IMG/VR virus record: IMGVR_UViG_3300031227_000028 | Location: 1-64,000 of that record | Strand: one strand, 5' to 3' | From: a virus | DNA length: 64,000 bases | Part shown: in pieces, positions 48,659 to 57,723 of the stretch | How positions within the stretch are numbered: the first letter of the stretch is position 1 | How the letters are laid out: each line of letters starts with the position of its first letter | Program-made: the position numbers and the translations under genes | The notes under the pieces: model-generated | What the model was told of the DNA's origin: nothing | What the model saw: only the letters and a program-made list of their open reading frames with translations | Database searches by the model: none

Positions 48659-48768
48659 GCACCCATAGTCTAAACTGGAAGGGCTCTTGGCTTCGATACA
48701 ATTGTATGGCTAGTAAGACGCTTTTTTGAAGATACCAAGGTATCCGGGTTCAAATCCCGGTGGGTGCT
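48659..48768 (+). tRNA. tRNA-Arg(TCG) with a BHB intron at 48697-48733
   Basis: CTTGG-CT TCG A[intron]A-CCAAG; CTTC/GAAG helix, bulges GAT and ATA. Confidence 0.88.
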
Positions 48769-48773
48769 TTTAT

Positions 48774-48847
48774 GTGAATGTAGCAAAACGGTTTAATGCA
48801 CTCGACTTTTAATCGAGAGACTGAGGGTTCAAATCCCTTCATTCACA
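48774..48847 (+). tRNA. tRNA-Lys(TTT)
   Basis: Cloverleaf. Confidence 0.92.
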
Positions 48848-48854
48848 TTTTTAT

Positions 48855-48927
48855 AGGGTAGTGGTCTAGTGGACAATGACATCTGACTTTGGATCAGAAA
48901 ACGGCAGTTCAATTCTGCCCTACCCCA
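48855..48927 (+). tRNA. tRNA-Gln(TTG)
   Basis: Cloverleaf with an A1-C72 mismatch. Confidence 0.9.
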
Positions 48928-48932
48928 TAATT

Positions 48933-49004
48933 GCTTGCATAGCATAACGGTTAATGCTTCAGGTTGTGGTCCTGATAATCTGGGTTCAATTCCCAGTGTA
49001 AGCT
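48933..49004 (+). tRNA. tRNA-His(GTG)
   Basis: Cloverleaf; no encoded G-1. Confidence 0.88.
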
Positions 49005-49011
49005 TTTTAAT

Positions 49012-49084
49012 GGACATATAGCATAATGGGAGTGCGCTGAGCTGAAGCCTCAGTATTGTTGGAGTTCGACTCTCCATATGTCCA
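49012..49084 (+). tRNA. tRNA-Phe(GAA)
   Basis: Cloverleaf. Confidence 0.9.
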
Positions 49085-49094
49085 TCATATTAAA

Positions 49095-49601
49095 ATGGCA
49101 TACGAACTATATAAAATAAAAAAGGATAAAGAAAATTATTTTAAAGATTGGTCTAGTGATAAACTTTTAACTTTAACTGACGAAATAAAAGAAGTAGTCT
49201 ATAAAAAGTATTTAGTTAAATGTGATGTTTTTAAAAGAGATAATTATAGTTGTCAAAATATTAATTGTAAAAATTTAAATAGTCCATTAACAATGCATCA
49301 TGTTAAATTTCAAAAAAATGGTGGAGAACATAAAATAAAAAATTGTGTAACTTTATGTGAACCATGTCACGTTTTATTTCATAGAGCTAGAACAGCAATT
49401 ACTTATAAAAATAATAAATATCTTCCTATTCATATTAGAGGTAAAACTTTTATGTTAGATAGACAAGATAAAATTAACTGGAAAGAAATTAAAAGTCATA
49501 TGAGAAAACTTAGAAAAACTTTAAGAAAAGAAAGAATTTATTTAAGTTGGAAAGATATGAATTTATTAATGAAATTTTTAGAATTAAATTTTGAAGATTA
49601 G
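49095..49601 (+). CDS. HNH endonuclease inserted in the tRNA array
   Basis: VFKRDNYSCQ..C...LTMHH.....GG....NCVTLCEPCH; start MAYEL. Confidence 0.85.
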   Translation: MAYELYKIKKDKENYFKDWSSDKLLTLTDEIKEVVYKKYLVKCDVFKRDNYSCQNINCKNLNSPLTMHHVKFQKNGGEHKIKNCVTLCEPCHVLFHRARTAITYKNNKYLPIHIRGKTFMLDRQDKINWKEIKSHMRKLRKTLRKERIYLSWKDMNLLMKFLELNFED

Positions 49602-49606
49602 TTTAT

Positions 49607-49681
49607 GTATCTGTAGTGTAGTTTGGTCTATCATCTGGGACTTCCAATTCTGGGACGTGGGTTCGAATCCCACCGGGTACA
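49607..49681 (+). tRNA. tRNA-Gly(TCC)
   Basis: Cloverleaf with A73 (archaeal/eukaryal type). Confidence 0.88.
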
Positions 49682-49688
49682 TTTTTAA

Positions 49689-49759
49689 CCGCTCGAGATA
49701 TTTGGTAATCATACGAGGCTGTAACCCTTGTTCTATCGGTTCAATTCCGGTCGGGTGGA
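49689..49759 (+). tRNA. tRNA-Tyr(GTA), archaeal type
   Basis: C1:G72, short variable loop, A73; atypical D arm. Confidence 0.82.
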
Positions 49760-49767
49760 TTTTTAAT

Positions 49768-49840
49768 GGGCTGTTGGTGAAATCTGGTATCATATTTGGC
49801 TCCAGACCAAATGTTATGGGTTCAAATCCCATGCAACCCA
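49768..49840 (+). tRNA. tRNA-Trp(CCA)
   Basis: Cloverleaf. Confidence 0.9.
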
Positions 49841-49884
49841 TATATAAAAGCTTTATAAAGGCTTTATAAACCCTTTTTCTATTA

Positions 49885-49965
49885 TATACTCTATCATCTA
49901 AACCTTTATATATGTATACTGCTTTATTATAATTATAATTATAATTGATTGGAGATGACAAAATG
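49885..49965 (+). promoter_or_regulatory. Promoter cassette variant
   Basis: TATACTCTATCATCTAAACCTTTATATATG...TTTATTATAATTATAATT...GATTGGAGATG. Confidence 0.65.
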
Positions 49966-50571
49966 AATACATATGAAAAAAAAATTATGAATGAAATTGA
50001 AGGAGATTATGAATCAAATTTTATTTTAATTCCATTAGGACAATGTGAATTTTGTGGTCATAAATCAAAGATGGGTTATGAAGTAGTTCATAAAATTACT
50101 AAAAAAGTTTTAAAAGTTGGAACAACTTGTGTTTATACTTTAGTTAATCTTAACAAACAACAAAAAAGAATTTTAGATAATATTATTAAAAAACAAAAAC
50201 ACGATTTAAAATATGCTAGTATAAAAAAATACTTAGAAGCTAAACATAAAGATGAATTAATTACATCAAATCAAAGTTACAATAGACAACATCATTGTCA
50301 TGACGAAATTATAAATGAAACTGAAGAATGGGTATTTTACAAAGTTGTTGATGATGAAACAAAAGAAGTATATGCAAATACTCAAAGTACAAAAGAAAAA
50401 TATTATTCAGTTAATTATATTGTTGATTATTCATATCATTCAGTACAAACACAAAAAAATGTTGTAAGTCAAATATTAAATAAAATCAACAACACCCAAT
50501 CAAATATAAATAACTATTGGTTTGAAACATATAAAGAATTAACATCAGTAGATTTAAAAAATTTAAAATGA
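49963..50571 (+). CDS. Hypothetical Zn-binding protein
   Basis: CEFCGH...VGTTCV. Confidence 0.55.
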   Translation: MNTYEKKIMNEIEGDYESNFILIPLGQCEFCGHKSKMGYEVVHKITKKVLKVGTTCVYTLVNLNKQQKRILDNIIKKQKHDLKYASIKKYLEAKHKDELITSNQSYNRQHHCHDEIINETEEWVFYKVVDDETKEVYANTQSTKEKYYSVNYIVDYSYHSVQTQKNVVSQILNKINNTQSNINNYWFETYKELTSVDLKNLK

Positions 50572-51048
50572 GGCGATATAAATGGATAAAAAAACAATTA
50601 TAAATGGATTAAATTCATGGGAAACAAATAAGGTTTATGTATTTGATGGATTAAAATATAAAGAAGTTAAAATGATTACAAAAGGAATGGGGAAAGGTAT
50701 TATATTACATATAAATATAAATTAAAATAGATGATTTAAATGTTAATAACAGCAATAAATAAATATAATAAAACTATTATATTAGAATATGATAGCGTTA
50801 AACAAGCTATTAGTAATAATTATCAAGCATATGAAAATAAAACATTGACTAATTTTAAACAATTGAGGTGAATTAAAAAATGGTTAGCAAAATAAAACAA
50901 TTAATAAAAAAATACGATAATGAGATGGATTATATTCGTAACTTAACATATGAACGCATAAAATCATCAACAAAAGCAGCTAAACTATATGGGAAATCAT
51001 ACCCATCAGTTTTAAAAGCTAAATACCCTATATTTTTACTATAAGAAA

Positions 51049-51711
51049 ATGGATAAATCAATAAAATTACTAAAAGAACATTGTATATTTACTAATCCAG
51101 AAGATTGTTATGTATTATTTGCGATTGCACGTAGGAAAAACAACCTATACTTAACGAATAGTCAAGAGGTGGTGTTTAGACAAGTGATAAAAAATAATGA
51201 AAATATCGAGCGTAAATACAATAAATTAATATCTCAATGTAATGATTATCAATATACTGATGGAAAAACAGATATAAAAAGAAAATTAAATTTTTATGTT
51301 TATGTTTCAGTAAATTCACGAAATGCATTAAAAGCTTATATTGAACTTCAAAAAAGATTTAATCAATATGTATTTGAGCTATTAAAAAATAATGATAATT
51401 ATCATTTATTTAAACGTCTTGATTCAATATGGTTATCTGATTTAATGAAGCCAAATTGTAAAAGTAGTAAAAGATTTTTATTAGATATTGATACTAAAGA
51501 ACAAGAAAAAATAGATAAGATAAGTGGGTTATTAGATAAAGTTACTTTAACAATTAAATGTTATAAGAATGAAACTAAAAATGGATTTCATTATATTATG
51601 GACCCATTTGACAAACAAAAATTTCATAATCTATTAACTGAAAATAATTTAAAAGATATTTGTGAAGTAAAAACAGATGGATTATTTTTTGTAGAGAATT
51701 TAGGTGAATAA
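51049..51711 (+). CDS. Hypothetical protein with AEP-like DxD and TKNGFH motifs
   Basis: RFLLDIDTK...TKNGFHYI. Confidence 0.45.
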   Translation: MDKSIKLLKEHCIFTNPEDCYVLFAIARRKNNLYLTNSQEVVFRQVIKNNENIERKYNKLISQCNDYQYTDGKTDIKRKLNFYVYVSVNSRNALKAYIELQKRFNQYVFELLKNNDNYHLFKRLDSIWLSDLMKPNCKSSKRFLLDIDTKEQEKIDKISGLLDKVTLTIKCYKNETKNGFHYIMDPFDKQKFHNLLTENNLKDICEVKTDGLFFVENLGE

Positions 51712-51714
51712 AAA

Positions 51715-53076
51715 ATGAGAGAAAAGATAAAAATTCCAGATAATGTAACAAATATTATGTCTCACCTTATAGCTCATGGTTATGATGCATATATTATTGG
51801 TGGGGCAATAAGAGATTACTTTCTTGGAATAATTCCTCACGATTGGGATTTATTTACAAATTGTCCTGACTTAGTTAATGAGTTTCCAGAAGGAAATGTA
51901 ATTGGTGGAGAAGAAAGACAAGCAAAGATTTTAACTGTGATAGTGGACGGAATAGAAGTATCACAATATCGAGCAAATGGTGAACGAACAGAAGTAGGAA
52001 ATGATTTGGAAACTCATTTATCTACTTGTGATTATAATATCAATGCAATGGCATGTGATATAAATGGAAACATCATAGATTTACATGGTGGAATATTTGA
52101 TTTAAAACATTGGACATTTGAATTTGTTGGTGATGGAAACCAAAGAATAAAAGAAGACCCTCTACGAATATTAAGAGGTATAAGACTTATTCTGAAGAAC
52201 CGATTACATCCAAGCCTGGAAACAGAAACAATTTTAGAAGAGAATGGTATTAAGTTATATGAGTTACCAAAAGAAAGAATCCGAGAAGAATTTCTTAAAC
52301 TTTTAAAATATGAAAAATGTTTTGATATATTAAAAGAATTTGAATTGTTAAAATATATCATTCCAGATATTGAAAAGTCATATAACATGAACGGTGGCGA
52401 TTATCATGATGAAACTGTTTTTGAACACATGAATTATTCATTTAAAGAAGCTTGTAAGATAACTGATAATGTATTTTTTAGATTAGCTGCAGGACTTCAT
52501 GATTTTGGTAAGATTTCTGCTATATCAAGAACAGTATTAATTGACCCTAGAACTATGAGAGCTATAGAAGATTCAAAGACACATTTCTATGAGCATGAAA
52601 GAATTGGTGCAGAAAAAATTGAAGAATGGATGAGAGAATATAAATTTGCTGAAAAGGAAATTAAATATGTTGTTACTTTAGTGCGAACTCATATGTGGGC
52701 TTGGACTGAAACAATTTCAAAACGGTCTTATATCAAACATTTCAAGAAATTTGAAGATGCAGATATTGATATTATGGATTTTGTTACTATGACTTATTGC
52801 GACAATCAAGGTAATATGAAAAACTCTAGAATTAAATTTGCTGATTGGGTAAGAGATAGTCCAATTCATAAAAAATATTATGAGTTAAAACATACTAATG
52901 AACCATTTTCAGTTAAAGATTTAGCAGTTGGCGGTAAAGATTTAATTCAATTAGGATTTAAACCTGGACCAGAAATGGGAAAACTTTTAAAAAAACTTTT
53001 TGAAAAAGTAATGATATGTGAAATTAAAAATGATAAACGTGAATTAATTACATTTTTAAAAGAATTTAAGGAATGA
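51715..53076 (+). CDS. cca: Class II CCA tRNA nucleotidyltransferase with HD domain
   Basis: GGAIRD...DWD, DYNINAMA, EDPLRILR, ERIREE, LHDFGK, PGPEMG. Confidence 0.88.
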   Translation: MREKIKIPDNVTNIMSHLIAHGYDAYIIGGAIRDYFLGIIPHDWDLFTNCPDLVNEFPEGNVIGGEERQAKILTVIVDGIEVSQYRANGERTEVGNDLETHLSTCDYNINAMACDINGNIIDLHGGIFDLKHWTFEFVGDGNQRIKEDPLRILRGIRLILKNRLHPSLETETILEENGIKLYELPKERIREEFLKLLKYEKCFDILKEFELLKYIIPDIEKSYNMNGGDYHDETVFEHMNYSFKEACKITDNVFFRLAAGLHDFGKISAISRTVLIDPRTMRAIEDSKTHFYEHERIGAEKIEEWMREYKFAEKEIKYVVTLVRTHMWAWTETISKRSYIKHFKKFEDADIDIMDFVTMTYCDNQGNMKNSRIKFADWVRDSPIHKKYYELKHTNEPFSVKDLAVGGKDLIQLGFKPGPEMGKLLKKLFEKVMICEIKNDKRELITFLKEFKE

Positions 53077-53369
53077 GAAAAATGACTATGCCTATAAATA
53101 TAATGAATTGTAAATTAATCACTATTTATAAATTATTAGAAACTATAAATAATCAAAGTGGTAAATATAAAGTAACTAACATAAATATAATATCTAAAAG
53201 ATCTAAAATAACATATGCTCATACTTTTGATATGTTAAAATTATTGATAAAAACTAAATTAATTGAGAAAAAAACTATACAACATGGAATATATCAATAT
53301 AATTTAACTAAATCAGGATATAAAACATTAATTGCAATATCGTTTATAAATAGTAGTATATATAAATAA
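53073..53369 (+). CDS. Winged-helix transcription regulator
   Basis: ITYAHTFDMLKLL....LIEK...YNLTKSG. Confidence 0.6.
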   Translation: MRKMTMPINIMNCKLITIYKLLETINNQSGKYKVTNINIISKRSKITYAHTFDMLKLLIKTKLIEKKTIQHGIYQYNLTKSGYKTLIAISFINSSIYK

Positions 53370-53392
53370 GTTTATATAATATTATTTATAAA

Positions 53393-53620
53393 ATGGGTAA
53401 AGCTCCTTCAATTTATAGAAAAATAAGAAAGTCAACAACTAATTCTCCTTTTGGTGATACATTTGCAATTACCATACCAAGAGATATTGCTGATGAATTC
53501 TCAGGTACATATTTTAAAATTCATAAAAATAATAATACTATTTTCTTAGAATCTGGATGTAGACTTCCAAATAAAAATAGTAAAAGAGATGTAAATAAAT
53601 ATTTTTATGTGAGGATATAA
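53393..53620 (+). CDS. AbrB/MazE-like DNA-binding protein
   Basis: RKIRK...FAITIPRDIA. Confidence 0.55.
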   Translation: MGKAPSIYRKIRKSTTNSPFGDTFAITIPRDIADEFSGTYFKIHKNNNTIFLESGCRLPNKNSKRDVNKYFYVRI

Positions 53621-54835
53621 ATGGTAGATAAAAAAATAAAAATATTATGGTTAAGTGATAGTCCACTTACTAGTACAGGATATGGAACTATGACTTTAAA
53701 TATTTTAAATGGTATGACAGAAAAAGGAATTGAGTGTCATTGTATATGTCACAATCAACCTGGACAAACTTTAAAGCCTGGAATTAAATTTATGGATGAT
53801 ACAGAAATTAAATTTCATTTACATGGTGCAGGTGTAGAAAGATATTCTAAAGATAAAGTTAAATATTTATTACAAGAATTAAAACCAGATTATTTTGTAA
53901 CATTATTAGATACATTTATGATTACAGAAGCTGGGTTTTTAGGAATGAATTTCAGTCCTGCTAAAAGTATATTTTATTTTCCTTCAGATGGAGAAGACCA
54001 ATTACCTTTATCTTGCGAGAAATTATTTACTTCTGGGACATACCAGTATCCTATTGCAATGGCAAAATTCGGTCAGCAACAAGTTAAGAAAGCCCATAAC
54101 ATTGATGCATTATATATACCTCATGCAGTTAAACATAAACTATTTAGACCATATAATGATAAAGAAAAAGTAAAAAATAGATTAAAATGGAGTAATAAAT
54201 TAGGTGTAGATTTATCTAAAAAACAAATTATAGGAACTGTTGCTAGAAATCAAGGTAGAAAAATGATGGATAGAATGATTCCAATAATGAAATTAATTGC
54301 AGCTAAAAATGAAAATGCTGTAATGTTAATGCATACAGACCCATTTGATAGAGCAGGTTATTTTGATATGATGTATGAAATTAAAAAACATAACCTAGAA
54401 AATAAATTTATTTTTACAGGTCTTAATTTTTTGAATCCATATACATATACAGAACTTTCTGAAATTTATAATTTAATGGATATATTCTTATTGACAACAA
54501 CTGGAGAAGGATTTGGTGTTCCAATAATAGAAGCTATGTCTTGTAAAGTACCTTGTGTTGTAACTGATTATACAACAACAAAAGAATTAGTTTTAGACCA
54601 TAATTCTGGATTAGGTATTATAGTAAGTGCGGAAATTATGGGAACATGGAATGTAAAACGTGGTGTCTGTGATATTGAAGATGGAGCTAATAAATGTCTA
54701 TTCCTTTTATCAAATGATAAATTAAGAACAAATATGGGAGAGAATGGCCGTAAAGCTGTTTTAAAATATTATACTTGGGATAAGGTATTGAAAGATTGGT
54801 ATAAATTATTCAATAAATTAAAAGGTGATTATTAA
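53621..54835 (+). CDS. GT4 glycosyltransferase
   Basis: TGYG, RNQGRK, EGFGVPIIEAMSC. Confidence 0.9.
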   Translation: MVDKKIKILWLSDSPLTSTGYGTMTLNILNGMTEKGIECHCICHNQPGQTLKPGIKFMDDTEIKFHLHGAGVERYSKDKVKYLLQELKPDYFVTLLDTFMITEAGFLGMNFSPAKSIFYFPSDGEDQLPLSCEKLFTSGTYQYPIAMAKFGQQQVKKAHNIDALYIPHAVKHKLFRPYNDKEKVKNRLKWSNKLGVDLSKKQIIGTVARNQGRKMMDRMIPIMKLIAAKNENAVMLMHTDPFDRAGYFDMMYEIKKHNLENKFIFTGLNFLNPYTYTELSEIYNLMDIFLLTTTGEGFGVPIIEAMSCKVPCVVTDYTTTKELVLDHNSGLGIIVSAEIMGTWNVKRGVCDIEDGANKCLFLLSNDKLRTNMGENGRKAVLKYYTWDKVLKDWYKLFNKLKGDY

Positions 54836-55078
54836 TGATATCATATAATATAAAAGATAAAAATGAAATTAATAAATTAATAAAAGATATGAAAGCATTT
54901 ATAAAAAATATACGTGTTTTTGTTTCTGATTTTCAAGAACAAACAAAATCAAATAATGTATTAGAATTTTTAACATGGCTTGAAAATAAAACAGAAAAAA
55001 GAATTTATGATAAAAAAGTCGAATTAGAACAGAAATTAATACATAATCATAAAATAAAAAATAAAGAGATGACTAATA

Positions 55079-55576
55079 ATGATTAATCATAGACAAAATG
55101 TATTATCTGAAATTGATAAATTTATTGCTGATAATGATATTAATAATTTAAGATGTTTAGAATTAGGTTCTGGTAATGCAAGCGATTTTAAAGATAAATT
55201 TGAACAATATAATATTAAAGAATGGTTAATGACAGATAAAAATGATAATATATTTATGGAAAATTTACCATATGAAGATGATTCATTTGATTTAATTTTT
55301 AGTTGTCATGCGTTTGAACATTGTGAAAATCCCTTAAAAGCATTAAGAGAAATGAAAAGAGTATCCAAAAAATGGGTAATAATTATAACACCATTTCATT
55401 GTAAACATCAAATTTTAAATGCGGATTTTGACCATATTTTTTGTTTAACTGAAATACAAATGAAAAGATTATTTAGATATACTGGAATAATAGAAGATAA
55501 AATTTATGTTCAAGATATAATGGGAGCTAAAGAACAAGATTATAATTTAATTAGTATTGGTAAAGGTGATTATTAA
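55079..55576 (+). CDS. Class I SAM-dependent methyltransferase
   Basis: LELGSG, LPYEDDSFDLI, HAFEH, ALREMKRV. Confidence 0.85.
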   Translation: MINHRQNVLSEIDKFIADNDINNLRCLELGSGNASDFKDKFEQYNIKEWLMTDKNDNIFMENLPYEDDSFDLIFSCHAFEHCENPLKALREMKRVSKKWVIIITPFHCKHQILNADFDHIFCLTEIQMKRLFRYTGIIEDKIYVQDIMGAKEQDYNLISIGKGDY

Positions 55577-55780
55577 TGCCAGCTAAAATATTAAAATCTA
55601 CAGAAACACCAATTGATTATATAATTAAATGTCAAAGAGAAGGAGTTAAACATTGTCTTTCTTTTGAAGAATTTAAAGATTATATAGAATTTGATTGTTC
55701 TTTAAAAGTTAGTTTTCCAAAAATATTAGAAGAAGTTTATAATAAATTTAAAGATGAATATTATAAAATAGAGGTTTAAA

Positions 55781-56632
55781 ATGAATAATAGAATAACTAT
55801 ACATATTGCTTGTAAAGATAGACCAAGTGAATTAGCTTTATTATTACAAAGTCTTAGAACACAATCTTTAGAAAACTGGGATTTATTAATAGTAGATGAT
55901 GCTTCTCAAATACCTCTTGGACAAAATGAAGTTTTAATGAAATTAATTAATAGAGTTAAATTAGAAAAACATAAATGTAAATTTATAAGAAATGATGTTT
56001 CTCTTGGTGTGTGTCAAGCTAGAAATATTTGTATTGAAAATGATAAATTTAATAATATGTATACTGCAAGACTTGATGACGATAGTATATTAGAACCATT
56101 TTGTTTAGAGAAATTATATTTAGGTATAGTAAAATTAAATTATGATTTAATTGGTGGAACAATTCCTATTTGTCATTCACCTTATTTTGAACGACAAAAT
56201 AAATATTTAAAAGGTTTTATTAACGAACATAAATTTAATAAGAAAGGCGATTTAATATTTAATGCAGATGAATGTGCTTATACATATACTAAAAATGATT
56301 ATTTACCTACACATCAATTTAGAACATATTGTGTTTATAAATCTAAATTAAATAAAATAAAATATCCAAAAAATCTTTCTAAAATAGGATTCAGAGAAGA
56401 AGGTTTTTTTAGTATGAAAGCAATTTTAAAAGGATATAAATTAGGGATATGTACTGGAGCAATAGCTAATCATATACAATCAACTTCTGGTGGTTGTCGT
56501 GACCCTGAATATCCAAAATTTGTTCAATCAGATGATAAAATATTTAGAGATTGGTTAAAAAACAAATTTGAAAAACATGGTGATTTTCTAAAAGAATATA
56601 AGAAAAAATATACTAAACAGGTGAAAAAATGA
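55781..56632 (+). CDS. GT2 glycosyltransferase
   Basis: IVDDAS, QARN, RLDDD. Confidence 0.85.
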   Translation: MNNRITIHIACKDRPSELALLLQSLRTQSLENWDLLIVDDASQIPLGQNEVLMKLINRVKLEKHKCKFIRNDVSLGVCQARNICIENDKFNNMYTARLDDDSILEPFCLEKLYLGIVKLNYDLIGGTIPICHSPYFERQNKYLKGFINEHKFNKKGDLIFNADECAYTYTKNDYLPTHQFRTYCVYKSKLNKIKYPKNLSKIGFREEGFFSMKAILKGYKLGICTGAIANHIQSTSGGCRDPEYPKFVQSDDKIFRDWLKNKFEKHGDFLKEYKKKYTKQVKK

Positions 56633-57723
56633 AGTTAACAATTGAAGGACCAATGTTTGATACTAGTGGTTATGCAAATCATGTAAGATATTTTTCTAAT
56701 ACTTTATATGATGTTAATAAAGATATTAAAATAGAAACAACTTTAGTTTCAGGTTGGGAACATATGTGTAATAGTCAAGAATTAGAAATGATTAAAAAAC
56801 CATATGATGAAGATAGCACTTTAATATTTATTGGACAACCACCAAGTTGGCCATTTGCTATTGCAAAGAATCCTAAACATTTTATTGGATATTTAGTTTG
56901 TGAAGGAGATAAAGTTCCTAATTTTTGGTTAAAACATATTTTTGATGAACGAGTTGACCAAATATGGGTACCTAGTAAACATGTAAAAAATGCTATTATA
57001 AATTCATGTTCAAATCCTAGTGATTTAGAATATCTAAATAATAAAATAAAAATAGTTCCTCATGGAGTTAATTTAGAATTATTTCAACCAAGAGATAAAG
57101 ATAATAAAATTTATACATTTATTTGTAATAAAGGTTGGTCAAAAGGAATACATGATAGAGGAGGAGTGCAATTTTTAGTTAAAGCATTTACAGAAGAATT
57201 TACTAGTAAAGAAAATGTTAGATTAAAAATTAAATTAAATACAGCATATCATTATCAAGGTTGGAATATTGATGAAGAGTTTAAAAAACTTAAATTAAAT
57301 AAAAAAATTAATAAACCTAAAGTTGAATTAGCTATTGGTAATATGACGCAAGATGAATTAGTTGAATTCTATAATAGTGGTGATGTATTTGTTTGTCCTA
57401 CAATGGGAGAAGGATTTGGTTTAACTTATGCTGAAGCAATGTCTTGTCAAGTGCCTTGTATTGCAACTAATTTTGGTGGTCAAAAAGATTTTATAAACAC
57501 TAAAAATGGTTGGTTATTAGATTGTAAACTTATAGATTCATATGAAGAAGAAGGAGTTAAATGGGCTTTACCAGATGTTGAACATCTTAAAAAATTAATG
57601 AGAGCTTGTTTTAAATATAAGAAGAAAGCAATTGAAAAAGGTGAACAAGCATATAAAGATATTTCTAAATATAGCTGGCGTAATTCTGTAAAAAAAGGAA
57701 TGAAGTTCCTAAAGGAACTTTAA
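56629..57723 (+). CDS. GT4 glycosyltransferase
   Basis: SGYA, VPHGV, EGFGLTYAEAMSC. Confidence 0.9.
   Translation: MKLTIEGPMFDTSGYANHVRYFSNTLYDVNKDIKIETTLVSGWEHMCNSQELEMIKKPYDEDSTLIFIGQPPSWPFAIAKNPKHFIGYLVCEGDKVPNFWLKHIFDERVDQIWVPSKHVKNAIINSCSNPSDLEYLNNKIKIVPHGVNLELFQPRDKDNKIYTFICNKGWSKGIHDRGGVQFLVKAFTEEFTSKENVRLKIKLNTAYHYQGWNIDEEFKKLKLNKKINKPKVELAIGNMTQDELVEFYNSGDVFVCPTMGEGFGLTYAEAMSCQVPCIATNFGGQKDFINTKNGWLLDCKLIDSYEEEGVKWALPDVEHLKKLMRACFKYKKKAIEKGEQAYKDISKYSWRNSVKKGMKFLKEL

Noticed and set aside
46851-49961. ORF-track calls overlapping the tRNA array (46851-47039, 46889-47254, 47071-47283, 48544-48729, 48829-49077, 49584-49961, 49591-49869)
   Set aside because: They are translations of tRNA genes or their antisense strands
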